From the human T2T-CHM13v2.0 reference genome, Homo sapiens, in the NCBI RefSeq assembly GCF_009914755.1, contig NC_060928.1: 64,000 bases of DNA; one strand, given 5' to 3'. This document shows, one piece after another, positions 1 to 16,902 of this stretch. The position numbers and the translations under genes were made by a program. Within the stretch, counting starts at the first letter, position 1, and every line of letters starts with the position of its first letter. The notes under the pieces were generated by a model. That model did not search any database, was not told where the DNA came from, and saw nothing but the letters and a program-made list of their open reading frames with translations.

Positions 1-1589
1 TAATGAAAATTATTAATCAGAAGTATTAATCCAGTAATGTAGTAAATATTTTTAAGGACACAAAAATACTTGATAAATTAATTAATTTACATTACAGATG
101 CTCTGCATCTATGTGCATTACCGCCTGCAAAGATGTCCTTCAACAACAACAACAAAAATTTTCTTGGTAGCAGTTAGCATCACAACCTCCACAAGTGGTT
201 TGACAAATCTAGGTCTCGTCATGGTTGCTAAATATGTAAATCATACTGAATGACCGAGGCTAAAAGCAAAGTGACAGTTGACTGTGACTGCCATTAACCA
301 TGGATTACATCCCGGCATGTAATGCAATTATATGGCAGGAAACAACTAATGTGGGCTGCTCTGGTGGGAGAAGGGAGAAAATATTGAATTTTTCTTTGTA
401 ATCTATTTACATCTTGCAATGGGAGCATTAGTCAGATTAAGGTTCAGAATGCCAGGCGCACACCAGCCCAGTGTGCTAAGTGGTGCCTTCATTCCTAATG
501 TGATAAGAAGGTAATGGTTGGATAAACAAATACATTCTAATATACATTGCTTCCACTGATGTAGACTGAAATCTTTTAGAAACATAAAGATCTGTCAGCA
601 TTATTAAGTATGACCTCTACTTTTCCTTTCCCCTCATTAATAGACAAATTTTGCTGAAATTTTCTTAGTAAATCATATTAATTTCCTCACAAAATTCAAG
701 CTTAATATATATTATCAAGACACATGAAGACAACACATTAAAATGTAAATTTCAATTATTTTATTTGTATTGCTGAATATATAGACATACATAGATAGAT
801 CACATCAAATTTAAGAGAGAAACAGGTGAAGGAGGGGCAGGCATTAACGCAACAGCTTTAGAGCAGGCTGGCAAAAGCCTTTTGAATATTCTGGGAGTTT
901 GAAATATTCAAACTTCGATATATTTTTCTTGGACGCTCATGTATTGTCAACCATCATGACAAGTCTCTTAAATGTATGTCTAACTTATTTGGGAAATTCA
1001 TTTGTTTTGCGAATACATAGATTTTAATTTTAGAGCTCATAAATTGCTTAACCTAACTTTCTTTTAAACTTTAAAGCCCATCACTTGAATAATTTGGGGT
1101 TATATAAAATATGTGCTACCCCATGATCTGGGCAGATGGTATACTTCAGAATCAATATCAAATTCGCTAAATTAGCCATAAATAAACTCCCTGTTTCTCA
1201 AAGAAGCTTTCTGAGAATAACCAGTGTTGTCATTTCCACAGTAACATTTTCCTCATTTTTCCATCGTCTCATTCCACAGAACATGTTCATACAAGATAAT
1301 TGTTCAAAAATTGTCAATAGTAAATAACAACCCAGTATCAAATCTGTTATAGATAAGCTTGACTGGTTAAGGAATAGTAACAAAATTTGTATTTATATTT
1401 AAATGTCTATATTCAGTTTGTGCATATAAATTAAGGGAAGACCAGAAATAATCTAGGCTCCTTAATTAGGTATAAATATAAAGTAAGTTCAGATATTTCA
1501 GAGATGTGGGTGAACTTGGTATGCTTTGACCAATTTACAAAATTTTATAGTTCTATTGGCCTTAATTCTTTGAACTCTCTTAGAGGTTA

Positions 1590-2111
<522 letters not shown>

Positions 2112-2394
2112 CTAAATGAGGAGATATTTAAATGGTGATATATTCCTTGATATTTCTCCATCTCCATAATGAAAGATCTTAAATATATCTAATTTGCAAA
2201 GGACTATATTATTTATAACACTTAAATGACAGGAAATTAATCAACTGTTTTACACATACTTTATATATGTAACATGGAAAGCTAACAATGATTAGAAATA
2301 GCATCAAGAATATCTCACTTCTTATACAATATATGCTTCTAGTAGTATATATGTAATTAATTTAATAATTGTAATTTATTTCTTAATTATAGTA

Positions 2395-2535
2395 CATGCT
2401 GCTTTCACATGTATCTTCTCAAATAATTGCTAGAGTCTTTGGGTAAGGTGTTACTGCCTCTGTTTCACAGATGGACAAACTGAGGCTCAGAATGTTAAGG
2501 GTTTGCCCAAATTTAAACACTTAGTAGGTAATACT
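2395..2535 (-). mobile_element. MIR
   Basis: Core 'acagatggacaaactgaggctcagaatgttaagggtttgcccaa'. Confidence 0.75.
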
Positions 2536-4099
2536 GAAAGAATTGAATCTGCACAGCCCTATAGTCTGAATGAAATCCCAATGGCAGAATTCTTAATTAG
2601 TATTTTAATAGCTTGAACTTTAAGGTATTTCTGCTTAACGTATTAGGTTTTCCTTAGTGAGCCTCAGTTTTTGTTAGCTGAGGAAAATGGATAATTGAAA
2701 GCATGTAAAATTTTCCCTTATGTTAGAGAGTGAATGTTAAGCATGGATAATGCAGCTAAATAGCTGTAATCATCCACTATGCATAGCCAATAGTCAACAG
2801 ATGTTCAACATAGATCCAACAGATCTAAGGGGAAAAAACACCTACCACATCTAACCTAACACAGGACTTTATTTGCAATAATGCATCCTAAAACGAAGGT
2901 CAATTTTGGCACACAAACAACAATTTTGGCAATTCTTACTTTTTGACATCATATTTTCCTATTTTAGGGCTGTATGCTGGCTTCATCCAAAGAAAAACTT
3001 GGCAGTCTAAACAGTGTATATAGATGTCATGAAATTTGTGTAAACATTAACCAAACAATCCCTAATGATGTGGTATTTTGTATGTATGCATATATTAATG
3101 CTCTATGTGCATGTATGTATGAATATATTAAATTTCATATAAAAACGTTGAAGTGAACTGAAATAGGATAAATCAAGTAAAAAATTAACTGTAACTGTAC
3201 ATGCTTTTGGACTGGATCATCTGTGTAGGAAACAAATATTTATTGTCATTTTTTCTCAGTAATATGGTAGTAATGTTTACCTGTGTTTTCAGATTGAATC
3301 CTTAAAAATAATTCAGTTATAGTTAATTATACTGCTTGAATAAAAATAAAATGTGATTTAAATTAGCACATATTTAACTAAAATATGATATCTTCATTTG
3401 TCCCAGTATATGGCTCCTCACAGACAATTCTTCAATGTGAACCTTGTGGACTGGAGGTTCTAAATATCAAGCAAATGAAAACAGTATTGACTGGGACAGA
3501 AGGTTCTTTGGTTTGGAATATCCTCCATTTCTTCAACCAAAATATGCTGAGCACTGAGTGTCCAATGAAGAGTGAAAGCACACATGATCTCCAATTTTTG
3601 TGAAACTGCTCGAAGCTGGGCTGACTTTTCAGATTACAAAGACCAAATTCCCTGTTTTCGGAGACATTTGATTGGTGTATGGTGAAAGCTGGGGGCGGAG
3701 TGTGTGTAAATGCCAGTGGCAGTCGGCCGCCCTCTTCATAGTGGACGCTGAAGCCTTTAGAGTGGAGGGAGTAATGGATTTGCAAAATCTCCTGCTGCTC
3801 CCGAAGCTTTCCCAAGTCCTGCTTCTAAGTCCATGGCTCTTGTAATCAAAGTAACATGCTCATCAGCCTGGATAATCATTGTTACATCAATGTCTGCATC
3901 TGGTGTTTATCATCTTGGAGAGCCAAGCAACAGAAGGCCTCATTTCGACCAGGCATTTTAAAATCTCTTCTTGGAATGACACTTCCTGTGTGCCCTAAAG
4001 GACCTACAGCGAGTGCCAAGTTACCGTGTTTCCTGTTGTACATACACATGGAGAGCACTACGAAAAGGGAACTGAAGTCCCCAGGATAGAGGCTTCCGG

Positions 4100-4285
4100 G
4101 GAGCATGATGTCATGCAACAGCACAGACTGGGAAGGATGTGTTCATGGCTCAGTCACTCACTGATCAGTTTCCTTTCTGTAAACTAGGGATAACATCAAT
4201 TTTGTTTCTTTTTCTCAAAAACTAACTGTGAAGGCCAAATGTCATAGCATATGAACCGTGCTTTAAAAATTGTAAAGCGAGATAC
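4100..4285 (+). mobile_element. MIR fragment
   Basis: 'cagtttcctttctgtaaactagggataac' core-like match. Confidence 0.5.
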
Positions 4286-7204
4286 AAACAACGATTAATG
4301 ATAATAATGATAAAAATATTAAACTGTTATTTAAATGCAAGATACTGTTATCTTATTCCTCAAATCCAACTCAGAAAATCCCTGCTTCCTCCAAATACAA
4401 TTCTTACTTCTTGAAATTTGCATCTTCTTCATCTGTTGTTCAATTATGTTTTAATCCATGAATTAGGGGATTTCTAACTCCCAGTGACCTTATACTGGAT
4501 TCAGGCTGACTATGCATAAATATCGGACTACCTGAGGTAGGGTGCCTAGCACACACAATGAAAGGAAAAAGAGGGAGTCCCATCTGTATCATAAACACAT
4601 ATACACAAAACTAAAAACTGAACCAATGCATGCAGAAACTTAAACAAAAAAGGATAATCTTATTGAAATGCTCCTAAAAAATCAGGATAAAGATAACAAT
4701 TTTGAAAATTAAACTTGTAACCCAATACTGCAAAGATATACTCTTCCAGGTTGGGATTACAGCCTTCCCAACCCTGTACTGAAATAAAGGAAAATATTTT
4801 ATGGCCATGAAAAGTTGGAATGGAGGCACAGTACCAAAAAACGGGATACCAATAAGAAGAGACATCTGGTCATTTTGGCATGATCACGTTTCTGTTACAA
4901 AGTGCAAATACATTCTTTATGAGAATGTGCCATTGATTACATACTCTGCATTTTAGCACTGTTTCTAAACACGCTGTAAATTATGTTAAGTAACTCATTG
5001 AGTCTCTGATTTAGATTTTTTTTTCTCAAGCAGAAAGATAATGTTTGCTACAAAAAGGAATAAACCAGTAGACAAATCACATTTATAAACTCTGCAAGTG
5101 ACGTGAGTGACGTTAAAACATCTGGGAGACGTTAGAGACTGCATTAACTCTAATCATGGATCACATTATGGCAGATTTCTTTTTTCCTTAATGAGGAGAA
5201 AAGACTGAGATAGTGAACGTGTTATTCAACATAACCCTTCAGTCCTTGTCCAAGAACTAATAAAGCACCAGAGAGAAGGCCTTGCTCCATCAGAATTCCA
5301 GAACTAAGGGTAGGCAATCTCCTTTATGTTTGGCCTATGTGTCACTGGGGATAGTGTCTGAAAAAACAAGGCCCATTTTCTCACTCCAAATAAATCATGG
5401 ACTATCTAGCACCCAATATTTACATTGAACAAAAAGATGATCCTTGTTCCCTTTCTTCTAGCAACACCTCATTTATCTGTTAATTTTGTAACCTAAAGAA
5501 GAGGTCACTAAAGACAAGACTCCATATACAATGAGAAGATGTAAACTCTGTAAAACTATAATATAAATGGAAAAATCTGATTTCATAATTATGCTGCAAA
5601 ATACAGTCAAAATATTTTTTAAATTGACTTTAAATATGCATATTTATACAGAAAACTATCTGAAGTCCCAATGTTACATAGATAAATACGGAGAAAGGCC
5701 TAGGAAATTAACTGTGACTCCAGTAGTTCACCTTGGAAGAGACTTATACATAATTTTCAATATGCAGAATAACAATCATTTCACTTTAAAAATGCTTTTC
5801 AGGCATTTATCTTTAAGATACATGTTTTCATTTCATTTGTAAAGAAGCAATCAAACAAGATCTACTTTGTGTGAGGTTTACTTGATTTCAAAGTATAATT
5901 AAATAAAACATTAACATCTCTTTGATGAAGAGGTTGCTCTCCAAAGATTTAAGTCCTTATAAGTAAGCTTATACAATATTTTTTAAAGGAGGATCTAGTG
6001 AGAAATACGTTGACTTGGATACCTTGGTACTACAGAACTAGAGAGATTGGAATAAAGTTAAAGTATTACTTCCCAAAGTGTCTTATTTGAATTTCATTTT
6101 GAAGCTCAGAGTTGGGGTTGGGAGGGACTTGACTAGAGAAAGTCTCTATTTTCTATGGATTATTAGGTATTACACCCTTCAGGACTAGTGTTCCATGGAC
6201 CATACTTTGGGAAACTTGCTTCATGGTTAAATCAACATTTGGGAAATGTTGCTTCAAGACATAGAGTATAGAGAGTTAAAGAGAATTTTATTATGATGCT
6301 TGAGTAGTCTGCTAAACTGCAAGCATGGGTTAAGAAAAAAAATTCTAGGGGAGTAGTAATTGACATCTGAGGCCCATTCAGCAATAGGACCTGGTATCTA
6401 GCTATTACAATAAGGTCAGCATGACCTTGAAGACCCCAGAGGAATAAGAATCCATCTGGAGGGGAAACCAGAGACCTCTTTAGAGGCCATCACACCACTC
6501 TGATCATTCCAGAATGATTAAATGATGTTCCCCCTTAAGAGACCCATAGAATGGACCCAAGTTTATTTCATCATCACTGCCAACACCATTATTTATGACC
6601 AACGGCCCAAAACACTGCATTGTTAACTCAAAAAACTTCAACAGAAAAGCTAACATAAGCACACATTAGCACATTTAAAAAAAAAAAACAAACTTTTCCT
6701 ACTTCAGCTGCTGATTGGGCAACATTTTGACTGGAACTCATTGGACTAAAGTAAATTCAACTTACCTGCTTAACTGCCTCACAGCAAACAGTTTCTTTTG
6801 TCAATACTAGTGATGGAATTAATTGGAAGAGTAATCAATTAAATGTGTTTTAATTGCCCAGTGTGCATAAGGGAACAGAAAGGGAAGACTTTTTATGGAT
6901 TTCCCATTTCTCCCACTGTCTGCCCTACTTTCCTTCAAACCTAAACTGCAAACATAGCTGAAGGTATTTTTGTCTTGCATAACTGCAAATGCCTGCATCT
7001 TTAATAGAGATGATTTATAAAGACATTTTGGAACATGCTGACTTCATAATGAAGAAGCTGTACTCCCAAAAGAGTCATTAACCCAGACATTCAGTGCCTG
7101 AACCACTGGGAATTATACAAAACCATTCAATGAGCAAAGCAAGATGGATTCTTATGCTTTCCGCTAAGAGGAAGTAGGTAGGAATCTCTCGCAACACTCC
7201 AAAC

Positions 7205-7300
7205 ACTTTGAGATCAATGAAGAAATTGAAGCTCCAAAAAGGTAAAATGACTTTCCCAAGGTCACAGAGCTTATCAAGTCTCTAAATACTCAACCTAGGA
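7205..7300 (-). mobile_element. MIR fragment
   Basis: 'atgaagaaattgaagctcc...tgactttcccaaggtcacagagc'. Confidence 0.65.
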
Positions 7301-7684
7301 AGAGATCTCTAGATCTTTCTACAGATCATATCACCTCTAAAAATAGAATATAAAATATATTTGTAAGTATATTGATATTTTGTCGTGTCATTCTTTCAAG
7401 ATAATACAATTAATTTTAAAAGATAAGGATTATCTACCGTAAGATTCAAATATAAGTCAAGAGTAAAATTCAACACTTAAACATTTTTCATTTTTTAACA
7501 CCGATTGACTCATTGTACTTGTCAGGTTATATTAGTTGGTGTGACAAGCTCCAAAATGCATAATGGTGAAAATATGATGGAAGTTTGTATCTGAACTCTG
7601 ATATAAATACTTTCGCCTAAGGAGATATTCATTATCTCTTTGGATAAATGACTGAAATGGAACAAAGAAGCTGCAATTTCTTGA

Positions 7685-8037
<353 letters not shown>

Positions 8038-8137
8038 TAGTATATCCTCTTTATTGTAACCTGGGTACCTGTTGTTCCTGTGTAGCCTGGGAAAATAATG
8101 ATGCCCCTCTCTATCTTAGTACCCCTCCAAGAAACAT

Positions 8138-8824
<687 letters not shown>

Positions 8825-10135
8825 AACATCCATTGGAAAAATGTGAGAAAGCTACGTAGATATTCATAAACCTTCCAAAATACTTGCCAAAATTGTGGAC
8901 TCTAAAAAGAAATGATTGTATATTTTTTAAAGTTCCTATCCATTTTTATATATCACAGAATGCAAGGGATAACACTAAATGGTGCAATTATGAAAAAGTA
9001 AACATAATTTTCTATTTAATTTTATCATTCAATTTGGTCTTGGCTTGGTGAATGAGAAAACTGGCAGTTACAAATTGTGTAATTCAACTTAATGAATATC
9101 AAACTGAAAATAAATGTCAGAAATGTGCATTTCTTTTTTCTGAAAAAAATATGACCATATTTCTTCCACTAATTTATTTCTAGTTTAATATAATTGTATA
9201 TAGTAAATCGTATTCAATTTTCCAAGATCATCTACAAATAAGTCCCTGGCTGAACAGATGCATGTGACAAAAGACATTATTTAAACATTGTATAAAGGTA
9301 TAGTTTATATTATTTATTTCTATATATTAAGTAATACTCTAATACTCTATATTTTAAAAGTTTGGAAAATACCCTTCCTATAAAATAATTTAAAATATAA
9401 AATCCTCAATTGTTCATACATTGGTACCCTCCAAATGGGCAGGAGCTTTAAACAATCGATTTTAAAGTGCAATGCTAATATTTCTTTCAGTAAAAATAGA
9501 TTAGGCTGGATGAAAGCTATTCTGAATGAAGATATAAAAGTAAAAGCATACACAGGTGTGCATGAGAGAGAGACATGAGGGAGAGAGAGAAGAGGTTTGG
9601 GAGGAAGAGAGGGAGAGAAATTACAGAATGAGAGGTTATATTAAAATTTTAACAATTTCATCTTTATGAAGAAGTTAACATGAAAAGCAACCTACACACA
9701 AAAAAAAGCTTAAAAAAATCAATGGTGAAAAGAAAGTATCCTGACTTTTTAATTAGTCTTTAAAAGTTCAGAGTTGAGAGTCAACCTCTAAAATCACAGT
9801 AAATTCTCTTATCACCATTAACCTTCAATACAAAGGGCTTTATAGTCCCCAGAATAATTTTTGAAATCATTACAATATTTTAATCTTAACCTCTTCTTTC
9901 TTTTTCTCCTAATAGTGAGTTTTTATCTGTGTTTGGAACTGCTGGGGAGACTATCCTGTATTCTATGTCACATGTTCTCGTAATTGTTCTATTCAAACAC
10001 TCCAAGATCTGTGGTTTCTGGTCTTCTGCAATGCCAGGGTCTTGTGCAATGCAAAGCACAAGAAACGAAAGTGCCCCACAGTTGCAGGCACATTTTCTAG
10101 AAAATTACAGTGTGTTTCAACACTGATGGGTACCT

Positions 10136-10530
10136 TGTCTTATCTTTGCCTGGATTCCCTAAAAGAAGAGCTCCACAGAGGGAGTCTGTGAATGTGACTC
10201 ACCTAGGGACACCCACAGGAAAGGGGGAGAGTGAGATGGTCAGGATAGGGCAGAGGAGGGGCTGAGCAAGAATGTGGTCTCCACCAGAGGCAAGCTTCAG
10301 CCTCACCAAGCCTCTGGACCCTCTGGAGCATGAACTGCCCAACAGAATTGTTCTCACCTTGAGGAAACCTACCAGGCAAAGCAGCTCTTGCTTCAGTCAA
10401 AGGAGATTCCTTGGAGAAGGGAGAAGGGGGCAGCTGTGAGCCTTTAGCCGCCAACAGGACAGCAGCTGGGGGATGTGTGCACTGGGCCAGTAAAGGAGAT
10501 AGGACAGGAAAGCAACAGCATCCACTGTGT
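10136..10530 (-). mobile_element. ERVL LTR16-family solo LTR
   Basis: The reverse complement reads GGATGCTGTTGC...CATCCCCCAGCTGCTG...GGCTCACAGCTGCCCCCTTCTC, typical of the LTR16 5' end. Confidence 0.75.
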
Positions 10531-11324
10531 GTCCATTCCTTAGAGATTTCCCATCACCTTTCTTTTGACATAACTGATCATCTCTGCACGTAGCAGAAAC
10601 GGGCACTAGGATAGATGAAAAGTTATGACTGTAGTTGGAATGAAACGTGTCTATGCAACTGATTAGGGGTATAGCTTGTGAAAGAATGCATGGCTGTACT
10701 AGAGAGGGAGAGAGAGAAAAAATAATAAAAATATTAGAAATCAATTTTCAAAAAATTATTCTGCTAGTTTCACCAAAGTGACTAGGATGTTGCTATATTG
10801 GAAGTTGAAAGAACAAGATAATTAATAACAAAATAATTTTTACAATTGCTGTTAAAACCATGTACTACAAAAAAACACATGTAAACGTAGTCACTTAGCA
10901 TTCCAATTACCAAATACATAATAAATCAAATTCAAACAATGTTACCTTTAGAAATAAATGTCAAAAGTATCAATCCCCTAATAAAAATTTTAAAAGCTTT
11001 AATTCCATTTCTATAAAAGGTTCACAAATAATTTATTGATTTTTTTTCCTGGAAGAAAAATAAGAAGAAATAGATGTCAGCCCAAGTAGAAGCCAACAAA
11101 ATGAGCAGTTGGAAGTTTAATGCACGAGAGAAGTGATTTAAATTCTAGAAATTATCTTGGTCCTCTTCAGAGCACACAATCCTTTTTGCATAGTGATGAT
11201 TCAATACACGTTTAAAAACATGTTGGAAAAGTTGAATTGAAATGGACTTTGAAAAACTCTATAGATTTTTGGTAGCTTTAATTCAACCAGCAATGGATGA
11301 AGCATCAGGAAGGCTAAGGGTGTT

Positions 11325-11520
11325 AGGGTAAGATTGAAAGCTGTGGGATCAGACAGATCTATGTTTCAATCCTAACCCTGCATTTAGCTAAGTTTGACTT
11401 TGGTACATTACTTCAAACTGGTAGAGCCTCAGTGCCTCATCTTCAACACTTCTCTGGGTTATTGTGAGGATTAAAAGAGATAAGACATAAATGATGCCTT
11501 GCATGTTTTATGCAACAGGG
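11325..11520 (+). mobile_element. MIR
   Basis: 'gagcctcagtgcctcatct...gggttattgtgaggattaaaagagataa'. Confidence 0.7.
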
Positions 11521-11589
11521 GCGATTATTATTGCTGCTGTTAGGGAGATAAGAAACATGCACTTAAGTGGAGGCTGCAATCTGTCAGGC

Positions 11590-11865
11590 AGCTGGCAAAT
11601 ATCCACCTGCATGCATGTTCTTTGGCCTGTCCTGCATAAGACATTTAAAATAAAAATTGAGATCTGGGTTTTCTTGGAAAACTGGAAGCTGCCACCATAT
11701 TGGGCCCATATTCCTGCAGTGAGAACCTGGAGTCTTTTGTTTTAGACGGGACATGTGCTCTCCAGTTCACCACACTTTCCAGCAGAATCTGTTGTACTAC
11801 ATTCAGCCCACTTACTCACGTAACCTCATTGGTCCCAGTAGGCACTGGAGCTTGCGACTGCCTGG
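11590..11865 (-). mobile_element. MER102-like hAT-Charlie DNA transposon
   Basis: 'tttagacgggacatgtgctctccagttcaccaca' and terminus 'gtaggcactggagcttgcgactgcctg'. Confidence 0.7.
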
Positions 11866-11934
11866 TTTGCCAAGGAAGCATAAGACTCAGAGGCATGCAA
11901 TATAAATCTGCATGGGGGCAGCTGAAGATGCAGT

Positions 11935-12060
11935 GCTGTGTGGTAGAAAGCAGCTGGAACCGGGAGCCAAGGAACATGAGTTGTAGCCCCAGTTCTACAT
12001 TAACTCCTGTGTGAACTCTGAGCTCTATGGGGGTCTGTTTCCTCATCTGTAAAATATATG
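11935..12060 (+). mobile_element. MIR
   Basis: tRNA-derived head plus 'tctgtttcctcatctgtaaaat' core. Confidence 0.7.
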
Positions 12061-13339
12061 TTCTGGGTAGGTCAAGTTTCTGAACACAAGGCAAGTCAGT
12101 TCCCCATCTGGGTTTCAGTTTCTCATTTGTTCTTTTTTAAAAATGATGCCAAATTAATGGGTCACCGAAGCCTGGTTGAATTAGAGAAAGCCCTCCCTCC
12201 AAATGCTCCTGTCAAAAAAAGAAACACTGCACACAGAGTTGATGGGATACATTTGGAAGCTCAAATGCCAAAAGGAAGTTTAACATACATAAGAGCAGCA
12301 ATTCTGAGAATGCACTCCCCTGTGTTGCTGGCCTAATGCATTAGTTCTAACTGAGTAAATAGAACTAATTGTTTCCCTCAAGTTTATTCTTCTGCCTAAA
12401 ATACCTAGGAATGCTCAAGTACTAAAATAAATTATATCTGCTTTATAATTCTCTTTGAGCAAAATTCCAGCCATATACTCTTATAACTTTGCAGAACTAC
12501 GTTTTGAAACTCATGACTCCAGGTACTTATCATTATTCACTCTTTCTATTCAGTCAAGATTTATGCTGGTGTTTTTCATTCTAGAAATTTTTAATCAAAT
12601 GATTTTTGTAAATCCCACAAGATAAAAAGATGTGAAATACATGTAACTCGAAATGTGATACTCAAGTTCTCACCTAAGACAGTACATTAAAAAACCCATA
12701 TTCAATTTTCATAGCAGTGTGCAAAGCCTATTTCTTAAAAAAAAAAAAAAAAAAAGACATACACAGCTAATATATCTTGCCAAAGTCCAAGATACTGGAT
12801 GTGGAAGTGTCAAGCAAATAAACTTTACAGAAAGTTACTGTCAAGGTTTTCTCTGTTTTGTGTTCTGTTGTTGTATAGAGTAACTACTCTACTCAAAAGT
12901 GACAGTCAATTAGTGACAATTCCCAGTGGTGGAATAAGAGCTAACAAGAATGGGAGGTAAGGGGGCTATATCAACTCTGGCAAAATAGATTCTAGGTTTG
13001 TCTTGTTCCCGGTTTAACAAATCTTAATTTCTAGGCTTTTTGAAAAATCATCTGTCATAAGAAGCCAACTGTGTTACTTTCTAAAACACATTTAATTTTA
13101 AAAATTCGAATAGGCTTAATGAAAGACTAAAGGTGCACAGGTAAAGCATACTCTGTTATTTGACATGGGCAAGAAGATAACTGTTCTGACTAATCAATTA
13201 TTTTCTTCAAATTCATGAAAGGGCAACGACTTTTCAAAGACACAGAATATAGTACATTTAATTCTAAATCCACTGTGAGCATGATCTAACTTTTCCCCTA
13301 GTGATTAAGAAGGTATTACATGATCTTGCAGTGTCCTGG

Positions 13340-13469
13340 TAGGGTGATTATCCATCTTGTTTACCCAGGACAATCTCAGTTTATACTTGTAAAGGAACAA
13401 TTATTAATAACTTTCCCTTTCCTGCACAAAAATGACCCAATTTAGGCAATAAATTATGTGGTCTCCCTA
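13340..13469. mobile_element. MER94 (hAT-Blackjack) MITE
   Basis: Terminal inverted repeats TAGGGTGA.../...GGTCTCCCTA, 130 bp, internal 'aattattaataac' match. Confidence 0.8.
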
Positions 13470-16404
13470 CCTCTGAGTCACTATAATGCACCCAATCTTT
13501 CATGCAGCGCTGTAGATAGACAGACATGTAGGTTTAATAAGAATGAACCTGTTGAAGAAAATGCTCTAAAAGGAAGATTTACAATACAAAGTGTAAATAA
13601 ATATTCTTCCACACTAATTTTAGTCAAGCTATACTTTAAATTTAAGTCTACTAAGCAATAACAAAAAATGGCCAGAAATAGGTTAAAATTACCAAATTAG
13701 TAAGTAATACAAATGTCTCATTTCCATTATCTATCAAGTTTTTAATTTGTGTCTTCAAAGGCAAATTAAATCCCAGAGTATTTAAATAATCACCACAAAA
13801 AACTATATTCTAAACATTGTATAATGAATTAAAGTTAAAAAAAAAGTTGAATATGGGGCCTAAATGGTCTTCTCATTTCCCAAATTTAAAATATGTTTCA
13901 CAATGTGAATTTTGTTCTGTATTTCTATGAAACTACTCATGTGGATTGAAAAAAAATGATTTTAACATGGTTGTGTTACCAATAGTACAAAGTAACAATA
14001 AAAACACAAAAGAATAATTATTTCTACTAAGTCCTTAATAAATAAAATTAGCTGAAAGTTGAATTTTATTAAAAGAATATGTAGCACTAAAAGAAACCAA
14101 TAATACAAAGCAAAACATGTCTTTAATACAGGCATAGTATGATAGCTTTTTAGGATAAAGTTTCAAGTTAAGTGACAATATTTTAAAAATCAAACGCAAA
14201 ACTCTGTATTTAAATGAGTTAATATACCCATGCATTTACCCTATTCACAAACTTCCTAAAAATGAAGATCCTCAAACAAGTTACTTTTACAATCCAGTGA
14301 CAAAAATTAACTGAACTCAAGAGATGCTGTCAATTTCAATTCCCAATATATTAGTAACAACAAAAACGCATCACACACGTTAATAGTATTTGCCTAATTT
14401 TACTTCACTTAGGACTTTGAAACATTTTTTCCTGCCTTTGACATTGTTTTATACTTCATGCTTAATAAATTGCATTTACTGGGAAATAATAAATTAACTC
14501 ACTTTAAATCACAAAAATATACAACTGCAAATCAGGACTTCTGATCAGTGTGACCAAACTGATTTGATAAATTAAAGAAAGACTCCTGATACTTAATTGG
14601 TAAGCTGTGCAAACTTGAGTTTTTTTAAATATTGGAGTATTTCTCAGCCTCCGTCTTTCCTCATGGTCTTTATGTTGCTATCATATAGCTGTCAATTCAA
14701 TACATAGTTGTGTGCATATATATTTAACATAGTAAAGATTTATAATTGCTTTTGTAATTACTATTTTTACCTATTTAAAGAAAAATGAAATTTATTTTTA
14801 TGGACATATAATTTCCATGCCAAATGAAAAGAATGCAATTTCATAGGAATTATGCAAACTTTATTTGAGAGAATGTGGGGTGATTTTCTTATTAATCTAG
14901 AATATGAAGTTTCTTTACTTTTTTAATGCAATTGATGGAGAAATTTTTAATAAAAGCCTACCACAGGCATGGCTCTGACACTATATTGCAAAATCACTTT
15001 ACACTATTCCCCTATATTCCTCCCACATTTTTGTTTTCAACATTCCTATTCCTAAAACTAGAAAATACCAGAGCTTCAGAAATATTCATGGGCATCCTAT
15101 ACACTGTTTACTCTAAAAATACTCTTAGTTTTTCCAAATGACAAAGACATAAGAAAAAGTTCAAAAAGCTTTTACTAGTGGGAGGATTACAGAGTAAGGA
15201 AATTGCAGTTCTAAAAATTATTACATGATCAAATTTAAAATTAATATATATCTCTTAACAATCTGTTTATGTTTTGAAACTTATTTGTGAAAGCTGTTAG
15301 GCAAAACATTCTTATGTTTTGAATTTAAAATCTAATTTTCAGAGTCCTTCATACAAAGTCCTCTAGCCCCTTTGATTTGAACTTACCTGAAGAATTCTAG
15401 TTAATTATAGAAATTTCTAAAACTGACTTTGAAGTAGTTCTACAGGCTGCTTGTGCTTAACTCTATCAATTTTCGCACCCATGGAGATTCATGCACTGGG
15501 GTCTCCCTCCCTTCATACGGCCTTCAAGGAAAAGGAGAAATATCTAACGTTGCCACCATTTACCTTCAAGCACTGACATCATTTTGTAAACATCAGAGGA
15601 CCAATGAGACCATTACTCAAAATCCAAACAAGTTTTAAAAGACGTAAAACTGTATTTTAAAGGAGACAACAAATGTGCACAACTTGACAAACTCAAACTC
15701 TGTTGCTGAGAGATGTGGTAATGTCTGGCCTAAAGTGGCTTAGCTACAGAGTATGTAATAAAACAGCTAAATTTGGATTGGAGGCTCATTTTGCACTGCA
15801 GAAATGTAGTATAACCCTGGGAGAGCCAAGTAGAGAGCGACTCAAGAAATTAGAGACAGGGACTCTGTGCAGCTCCCCACTTCAAGGTAAAGACAAGAGC
15901 TGTTAAAAGGAGAGGCCCCAGGGAAGATAGGCTCTCAAGTTGAAAGGTGAAGAAAATGGAAAGAGGCGATGAGAGGATATAACTGTACATGGCTGTAACA
16001 AAACACTTCCAGTAGCCTCTGTGAGTTAAAAGAACAGTTCTTATTAAAGGCAATGAAAGTTGTTACTTGATTTTTTTTTCTGAAAATTAGGTAATAGTTC
16101 ATTCCAGCAGAAAGTTAACAAAGCACATTTATCTCTCCTTTAATCTCTTCCAAAATATTTTTATTCATTTTTTTCATATCCGTTTACCAGCTTATGATTT
16201 TATACATTTTATCTGTAATATTTTATCATCCTGACAAGATTTTAAGTTTCTTAAAGGCAGGTACCATATGTTATGCTATTCTGTCTCATTTCTCTCTATG
16301 GGATATACTAACTAATACTTCCAGAATTGGATTCATCTCAGCTGTACTGATTTTTTTCCTCCATTAAAAAAACTAAACTGAATTGTGATTTGAGAGAATA
16401 CATT

Positions 16405-16524
16405 ACATGTATGTATTTATATGTATATATGTATATATATTTATATGTATATATGTGTATATATATTTATATGTATATATGTGTATATATATATTATATA
16501 TATACATAAAAAATATATATATAC
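16405..16524. repeat. (TA)n/(TATG)n imperfect microsatellite
   Basis: Directly visible alternating TA/TG run. Confidence 0.9.
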
Positions 16525-16581
16525 AAAGTTCCACATCTATACTTCTAGTCACATTTATCCTCATATAAATTTTAGAATACC

Positions 16582-16902
<321 letters not shown>

